A stretch of DNA of 64,000 nucleotides from Octopus vulgaris (taxonomy: Eukaryota). The DNA is taken from contig OX597823.1 in assembly GCA_951406725.2 (NCBI GenBank), positions 95,604,001 through 95,668,000 on the forward strand, given 5' to 3'. The translations under genes and the position numbers were made by a program. Of this stretch, positions 55,912 to 64,000 are shown one piece after another; position 1 is the stretch's first letter; each line of letters starts with the position of its first letter. A model generated the notes under the pieces. The model searched no databases. It worked only from the letters and a program-made list of their open reading frames with translations, and was not told the origin of the DNA.

Positions 55912-57214
55912 CTGGATGTCTCAGAAAGATTTACTGATGATTAAAAAAATTCTTGAAGATCCTTGGATAAATCAATTCTGTTTCTGCATGTGCACAACGG
56001 TTCATGGATGTTTCAGGTTTGAGTGTTTATAGTTTTGTTTGTCTGGAATAAATTTGTCAGCAAATATGACATCTCAAGATAAACGTGATGAAATTGTTGC
56101 TTTAAAATCAGCAGGAAAATTCTCTAAAAGAACTTAATGTGTGTTGTAAGGCAGTGTATAATATCTGGAAATATCACAGTCAATCTGGCATGCCATCCAG
56201 AAAGCCAATTCCATGGTGCGAAAGAACTGGTTGCACCAAGCGTAGGATTGATACTGTGAGAAAGGGAGTTCACAGGAATATTCGTTAAAACATGCAAAAA
56301 ATGGCAAGAGAGCTTAATATTTCAAAATTTTCAATACACAAGATTGCTAAAGAGGATTTCAGGCTAAAGGCATACAGAAAAAGCAAACCAGACAAGTAAT
56401 TTCAGCAGCTTCAAAGAAAAAATGGTTGGAAAGTGGGGGGAAAGACGTTAGCGGAGATGAACAGTGCCATAAACAAAGTCTTCATTTGGAGTGAGAAGAT
56501 CTTCACTGTGGAGACTTGTTATGAACAAGCAGAATGACAGGTTGTACGGTATTGATGCTCAGGACTTGCCTGAAGGGAGCCAAACCCATTTTTGTCATCA
56601 GAAACCATCTGGGGTTATGGTGTGGGCTGCTATAGACACTGATGGATTCAAGTCTCCTTTGATCTTCATTTACGAGGGTGTGAATGTGAATAGCACAGTT
56701 TACATCAAAATGTTAGAAGGAAACGTGTTGCCATGGTTAAATGAAACATTTTGAAACCGATCTGACGTTACTCAGGACAGTGCCCCAGTCCACACCTTGA
56801 ATGGTGCAAAAATGGTGCAGAAAGCATTTTTACTGTTTTGGGGACAAAAACTTTTGTCCTCCCTCAAGCCCAGACATCAATCCAATGGACTTTCCTGTCT
56901 GGGCTCTCTTAGAGACAGAGAGAGAGAGTGAGATGTCTCAACTGTCTCATACTCAAGTGTGGTGGGTCTGAAAGAAGTCCTTCTTACTTGCATTGAGTAA
57001 ATATAATGAAGAAGTGGTGCAGTGCTGTTGCAGCTCAGTAACCACTTGTTTGCAGGCCATGATCAAAGCAAGAGGTGGTCATTTTGAAATCTGATTCCTG
57101 TATTACATAGGTAAAACATAGTTCTTATAATTTAGAAAACTTGATTGTTCTTTCTTGTACATATTATGAATAATTACAAAAAATATGACAGGTAAATCTT
57201 TCTAGTAAACCCAG
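55912..57214 (+). mobile_element. Full-length decayed Tc1/mariner (maT/DD37D-like) transposon
   Basis: TA-flanked TIRs (CTGG....AGAAAGATTTAC). The broken transposase at ~56066-57094 has GVMVWAAI, TQDSAPVHT, PPSSPDINPMDF and IKARGGHFEI*. The third catalytic residue is D; spacing was not counted. Confidence 0.85.
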
Positions 57215-58229
57215 TATACATGCATGTGTGTGCGTGTATAGATAAATAGATATATGTATATGAAGGACTTCCACAGTTTCTGTCAACCCAATTCACTCAC
57301 AGGGCATTTGTTGACCCAGGGCTGTAGTAGAAGACAGTCAAAGGTGCTGTGCAGTGGGACTGACCCCAAATCCACAGAGTTGCAAAGCAAGCTTCATAAC
57401 CACACAGCCATAGCAGCACCTGTTTGTGTAATGGTAAATATTTACCACTTTTAAGAGATGGCAGCCGGTCACCTGGATCATGTTTTCTATCTTTATCTTT
57501 TGGCCAAGCTGGGGCACTGCCTTGAAGAGCTTTCAGTCATGTGAATTGACACCAGTACTTATTTTTTTAAAGACTGGTGCTTATTCTATCAGTCTCTTTT
57601 GCTGAACAACTAAGTTATAGGAATGTAAACTCTAACACTGGTTGTCAAGTGGTGGTGGGGCTCAGACAGACAGACAGACAGACACACACATACACACATG
57701 CATGTGCACAATTGGTTTCCTCCAGTTTCTGTCTCCCAAATCCACTCACAAGGCTTTGATTGGCCCAAAGCTATAGTAGAAGACACTTGCCCCAGGTTCC
57801 ACACAGTGGGACTGAACCCGGCACCATGTGGTTGTGAAGCAAACTTCTTACCACACTGCCATACCTGTACCATATGTTTACCGTTTCTGCTTTGTTGCCA
57901 TCCTGCTTTTATTATGTCACCATTTTGTCCTGAAAGATTTGTATGTTTAAAGTATGTGGTCTTCCTTTGAAAGCGAGAAGGGTATTTGTTGAAAGTATTG
58001 TATCAGCTCCACTGATGGCCTGATGTATTATCAGTGGTACTGAAGGTCACATTCCACCCTTTGCTGTTGTTGTTGGAGATGGTGGTGATGATTGATGTTG
58101 TCATTGTTGTTGCAGACAGGGTTTTTTATTTGTCTGCATCCTTGACATTTGATCTTGGTCTACTTTTCGGTTCACCCCATTTCATATCAAACAGCTGATA
58201 ATGATTGGCTATACATGAAGAGAAAAAAT

Positions 58230-58600
58230 TAAGGAAGGAGACTGACAAATGTGGGAGACTGTATGTATATTGGATATGGGTGGATGGAGGAAACCCACAA
58301 TGAGGAAACCTTGCTACTAGTAATAAGAGAAAAGGGTCTACTGAAAGCAAGAGAAAAAGAGAAAACAAAACAAGAAGTGGAAGAAAGCCATAAAGAAACA
58401 CTGCTTGACAAGGAGTTACACAAACAGCTTTGTGTGGCCACAGCTGAAGTTGCTGGAGAACACAGTTGGGGGCTAGTTAAAGAAAAGACCACTTAGAAAG
58501 GAGACTGAGAACTTGTTATGCCAGACCAAGCTTTGGTCACAAATTGGAAGGTCAGTCTTAGAAATGAGCAAATGGCTCAATTGTGTGAAATTTGTAATGA
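58230..58600 (+). mobile_element. R4/Dong-like retrotransposon internal relic
   Basis: Frameshifted DKELHKQL..EHSWG*LKKRPLRKETENLLC..DQALVTN resembles the R4-clade post-RT motif (K.LHGQ..SW.WL..LK.ETE..QDQAL.T). Confidence 0.6.
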
Positions 58601-59896
58601 ATTTAATGAAACTATTAGTTGTACATTATTTACATTTGATGAATATTTGTCCTCATCTTGTTTTTTGTTTTTTCTGTAGCTACCATCACTTAGACTTGTC
58701 AATTTTTCTGTCTAATATCTGTCAAATGTAAATGTGCAAGGTCATTGCCAGTACCGCCTGACTGGCCCCCGTGCCGGTGGCACGTAAAAACCACCCACTA
58801 CACTCTCGGAGTGGTTGGCGTTAGAAAGGGCATCCAGCTGTAGAAACTCTGCCAGATCGAGATTGAAGCCTAGTGTAGCCATCTGGTTCGCCAGCCCTCA
58901 GTCAAACCATCCAACCCATGCTAGCATGGAAAGCAGATGTTAAACGATGATAATGGTGATGATGTAAATAACGTACATAATTCCTCATCTCTTAAATATA
59001 GAACTGCATGTACTATTGGCTGTATTGTAAATGAATATGACCTCGAACCACAGAAAGTGAGTGAGTTGGAGAGTTGGGCTGTAGAGCACACTGTGACAGT
59101 GTGATGTATGACAACATCTGATAGTCTGGTCAATCATGTTATCACACACATACATACCTCCACACACACACACACACACACACTGCTTTGCATATTGAGT
59201 TTGCTTTCTCCCATTTGTAAAGCAAACAGACTTCACCTTTGTTTCTAACATGGAATTTCAGATTATTCGGTTAAATGAGACGAGCTTTGGTTGTTAAACA
59301 CTTACCTTGATTATACAGTTTAAATAAGAGTTTAAAAACAAAAAAAAAAACAAAACGGAAACAATAGAATGCTTAAAAGAAAAGTTAATTGTGTGTTTGT
59401 TGAAAAAATGTTTTAATGAACTCTGACAGGAATGATTCACTTTGGAAACCAACCTGAATTGAATTGGTTTACCATTCCTGCAAGTATTTCAGTCGCTGAT
59501 CTAACCGTGAAATGTTCTTCCAAGTATTTATTGAATGTCACTTGCACTATTTTCTTGTCTGCACCTGAATGAAATCAAGGTGTGATTTTAAAGAAAATAA
59601 ATCAAGGTGTTTATTAATGTCCTACACAACAGCTCTAAATAATAATAATAACAATAAAAATTAAAATAGTAACAATGGTTTCAGATTTTGGCACAAGGCC
59701 AGCAATTTTCGAAGGCGTGGGTAATTTGATTAGATTGACCCCAGTGCTCAACTGGTACTTATTTTGTCGACCCCACCACCCAAAATAAATGGATGGAAAG
59801 CAGTCGACCTTGGTGGTATTTGAACTCAAAATATAAAGGTGAATGAAGCATGAAACATCTTGTCTGGCATGCTAATGATTCTGCTAGCTCACCACC

Positions 59897-59946
<50 letters not shown>

Positions 59947-60281
59947 CATCATCATCATCATCCTTTCTACTATAGGCACAAGGCCTGAAATTTTGGGGGA
60001 GAGGATAAACCAATTACATCAATCCCAAAACTCAACTGGTACTTATTTTATGGACCCTGAAAGGATGAAAGGCAGAGTTGACCTTGGCAGAATTTGAACT
60101 CAGGATCTAAGGATGGATGAAATACTAGTGAGCAGTTTGCCCAGTGTGTTAATGTTTCTGCCAGCTTGCTGCCTTTCAGATGATAAATATTAATTTGAAA
60201 ATTAGTATTCATTTCATTATTTTGTGTAAGTGCCAAGAAATTTGATAAACATTAGATTATAATTACTGTATGTATGCCATA

Positions 60282-60651
60282 GTGGAGGCGCAATGGCCCA
60301 GTGGTTAGGGAAGCAGACTCGCGGTCTCGATTCCCAGACTAGGTGTTGTGAGTGTTCATTAAGTGAAAACACCTAAAGCTCCATGAGGCTCTGGCAGGGG
60401 GTAGTGGCGAACCCTGCTGTACTCTTTCACCACATCTTTCTCTCATCCTTTCTTCCTGTTTCTGTTGTACCTGTATTTCAAAGTGGCCAGCCTTGTCACA
60501 CACTGTGTCACGCTGAATCTCCCCGAGATCTACATTAAGGGTACACGTGTCTGTGGAGTGCTCAGCCACTTGCATGTTAATTTCACAAGCAGGCTCTTCC
60601 ATTGATCGAATCAACTGGAACCTTCATTGTTGTAACCAACGGAGTGCCACA
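60282..60651 (+). mobile_element. tRNA-derived SINE family C, full length with 13-bp TSD
   Basis: TATGTATGCCATA at 60269-60281 and 60652-60664; A box TGGCCCAGTGG. Confidence 0.9.
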
Positions 60652-62562
60652 TATGTATGCCATATTTCCTGATATTACACAGGGTGGCAAAAAAATATAC
60701 TTCCAAAGTTACCCATGGCATAGTTTGTGATATTACCCATGGTAACAAAAATACTTCCAACATTACCTCTCCTTATGACAGGTAACACTTTAGGCATATT
60801 TTAATGACCAGCAATGAACTTGTCGTTTGACCTTACATTAACCCTGACAGAGTAAGCTCTGCAATCAAAGGCATTTTGTGAGCCATTGATATTTCAGGCA
60901 GTGAAACTTATTATCTTTTGTTCAAGACAGAAGAGTGTCATTTAATGGAATTTTGGCTATTATTTCTAGCATGTACAGTGACACATTTCATAATGACTTC
61001 GAATTTTGACACAAGGCCAGCAATTTCGGTGGAGTGGGTAAATCGATTCCGTCAACCCCAGTGCTCAACTGGGACTTATTTTATCAACCCCAAAAGGATG
61101 AAAGGCAAAGTCAACCACGGCAGAATTTGAACTCAGAACGTGAAGAAGGATGAATGCCGCTAAGCGTTTTGCCCAGTGTGCCAACAATTCTGCTAAGGGC
61201 TGCACAAGCAATGCTCCCTCTAAGCTGTGCACTTGTGCAATCCCACACACATTTGGGAACTAGAGTAAAAAAATAAAAATCTGTGTACACAAGGTTTCCA
61301 AGATAGAATTGTATAATTCTTTTATTGAAGAAATTAATTGGATAATTTTGAATAATATACATTTAAAAATGGTGTGTATTTGTTTAGGCAGTCAGTACAG
61401 TGTTTGCGTGTTTCTTAAGTGTATGCAGAATGTGCAAAGAAGGACAAAATTTGCAGACATGTAAATTTTATCACATGTATGCATGCATGCATGCACATGA
61501 ATTATAACAAAAAGCCTGATACTTGGGGGGGGGGGCTATCCATCCATCCATCCATCCATCTGTGTGTGTGTAATATATATATGGTGAAAACAACAATAAT
61601 CCTTGGATGGAATTTATAAATATTTTAATGCATCACTACACACGTTTCCAAATCATCCAACCCATGCCAGCATGGAAAAACAGACGTTAGATGATGATGA
61701 TTTGTATGAGACAGGTTTCCACATGGTTTCCATCTCTCAGATTCTCTCACAAAGCATTGCTCAGCCCAGGACAATTGTAGAAGATACCTAAGGTGCTCCT
61801 CAGTGGGACTGAACCTGAATGCACATGGCTGCTAACTAAACTACTTAACTACACAGCCAAGCTCAGCCACACATTTATGGCCATAGGCATGGCTCTGTGG
61901 TTTAGAGATTCCCTTTACAGTCAATTGGTTCTGAGTTCAATCTTTCTTAGCTCCACCTGCCTATGACATTTCTTCTACCAATCTTTTCATAAACTTTATT
62001 TTAGCTTCTTGAAGCAGGCTTCCAGTATTCAATGCTCCTAAGGTGGCCAACTAGTAGAATCGTTGGCATGCTGCACAAAATGCTTAGTAGCATTTCATCT
62101 GTCTTTACATTCTGAATTCAAATTCTGTCGAGGTTGACTTTGCCCGTCATCCTTTCAGGGTTGATGAACACGGGGGTCGTCAATGTAATTGACTTGACCC
62201 CTCCCAGCCAAATTTCAGGCCTTGTGCCTATAGTAGAGAGGTCAATTTCCATTTATCTTATATTTTATGAGTTGGAGACTTCAGCACTCCATTTTGTAGA
62301 AGTTTATGGACATTTATCTCCATCGGTCTATGACAGTTGGTATTCAATTTGCTGAAGGAATACAATTTTGGCTGCTTATTTACATCTCAATGTCACATCT
62401 TGACAGAAATCTAATTAGGAAGTTTGCTTCCTAACCACATGACTCCGGGTTCAATCCCACTGTGTAGTACCTTGGGCAAGTGTCTTCTACTATAGCTTTG
62501 GGCCAACCAAAGCCTTGTGATTGGACTTGGTAGAGAGAAACTGAAAGAAGCCCTCCATATAA

Positions 62563-63104
62563 CAGTAATGCCTCACTTTACTAGGAAACCCCCCCCCCCG
62601 GGTTTATGAGTTTTATTTTTGAAGCACAAGATCCAAATTTTGAATGAAATGCAAAAGTCTCTACTACCATAAATGCTTCTGCGTGTTACGGAGAAATTTA
62701 TAGAGAGGCCGAAAAAAAGTTTTTTATAAGCAAATAACTCTAGACTTGTCTTTTAAAAAGAAATCTACATGTCTGTCTACGAGTGCTTGTGAATTGGCAA
62801 TCACATCTACAAGTGATGGCGTGTGTGAGTCTAATGCGAGTGAAAGTGATTATGATAATAATATTTTTTATTATAAATGATCTTGACATTCTTTTTACTT
62901 TACATGAAATTTTATTTACATTCTCCTGTTGTTTTATTGCCATTTATTTAAGAGTATTATAAATTTTATTGATAAAATATTTTTCTGGGAACAAATCTTG
63001 ATTTATAACATTGCTACTGTGGGAAATTATTGGTCTACTTTATGAGTTTTCGCTTTATGAGCGATCTCCAGGAACAAATAAACTTTTACACTGAGGCATT
63101 ACTG
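62563..63104. mobile_element. pogo/Tigger-like MITE nested in a family A SINE
   Basis: TIRs CAGTAATGCCTCA / TGAGGCATTACTG(TA). SINE halves lie at 62415-62560 and 63105-63305. Confidence 0.75.
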
Positions 63105-63844
63105 TATATATGTGTGTGTTTGTCCTCCACCACTATTTGTCAACGATCCCTATAACTTAGCCATTTCAGCAAAAGAGGCCAACAGAATAAGTGCCAGGCT
63201 TAAAAAGAAGAATTACTGGGGTTGGTTTAGTTGATTAAATCCTTGAAGGCGGTGCCCCAGCATGGTCGCAGTCCAATGACTGAAACAAATAACAGATAAA
63301 AGATAAGTAAATTTTTCAAAAAACAGCCCCAAAATAAAACAAAACCACATAAGGGAGTAAAAAAAACACTAAAAACTTAGCTTTAAAGAACAGAACATGT
63401 CTGTTTAATCACGAAACCATTCACCCTGCGTAGTCTTTATAGAAGTCAGAAGAGAACCACCATCATCATCATTATCAAAGCAGAATTGTTAGCATGTCGG
63501 GTAAAAGGCTTAGCAGCATTTTGCCCAACTTTACATTCTGGGTTCAAATTCTGCCGAGGTCCTCTTTGCCTTTCATTCTTTCAAGGTTGATGAATTGTGT
63601 ACCAGTTGAACACTAGGGTCGATGTAATTGACTTAATCCCTCCCCCAAAATTTCAGGCCTTGTGCCTATAGTAGAAAGGATTTTTATTATTAAGGCAACG
63701 AGCTGACAGAATTGTTAGCATGCTGGACGAAATGCTGAGCAGTATTTTGCCCATCTTTATGTTTCAAATTCCACTGAGGTCAGTTTACCTTTCATCCTTT
63801 TGCAGAAAGGATTATTATTATTATGCTAGTGCATGCTAATTTAG

Positions 63845-64000
63845 TTAGCAGGTATTTCATCTTGCTACTCGGGGACACCTAGTCTCCTCAAATCTCAAGA
63901 ATCTTTCTTTGGATTCTTGCAGAATACAGGATGGTACTTTTCTGCAGGTTAACAACTCTAGTTCCAATTCCAATCTCTTTTAGTTTTTTAAGTAGCATTT
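63845..64000 (-). mobile_element. R4/Dong-like ORF C-terminus and 3' UTR (runs off window)
   Basis: Minus strand reads VNLQKSTILYSARIQRKILEI* (stop at 63888-63890). Confidence 0.55.

Overview
AT-rich, repeat-saturated eukaryotic DNA with no prokaryotic features. The repeat landscape (huge (TA)n/(CA)n tracts, several tRNA-derived SINE families, RTE 3' tails ending in (TGA)n) suggests a coleoid cephalopod, probably Octopus; this is an inference. The window looks mostly intronic to a + strand gene. One convincing 477-nt phase-1 coding exon lies at 40151-40627. Candidate small exons lie at 17646 (6-aa tail GGTLWK*), 21062 and 23021. Almost all ORFs in the supplied track are microsatellite or SINE artefacts. 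Mobile DNA includes RTE, R4/Dong-like and HERO-like LINE relics, mariner and Tc1/maT relics, and piggyBac-, hAT- and pogo-type MITEs. Three signals stand out. (1) A strand-specific cluster of 12 ACTAAY (Quaking/How-type) motifs plus GCATG (Rbfox) motifs follows the candidate short terminal exon. (2) At least six unrelated hammerhead-ribozyme-bearing Penelope-like relics occur, most as fold-back inverted repeats beside (TA)n, and one (37961-38046) has an intact core. (3) A hammerhead core with a non-canonical, pseudoknotted strand order lies behind a HERO-like ORF end (33690-33756). All calls were made by eye; no alignments or folding were run.
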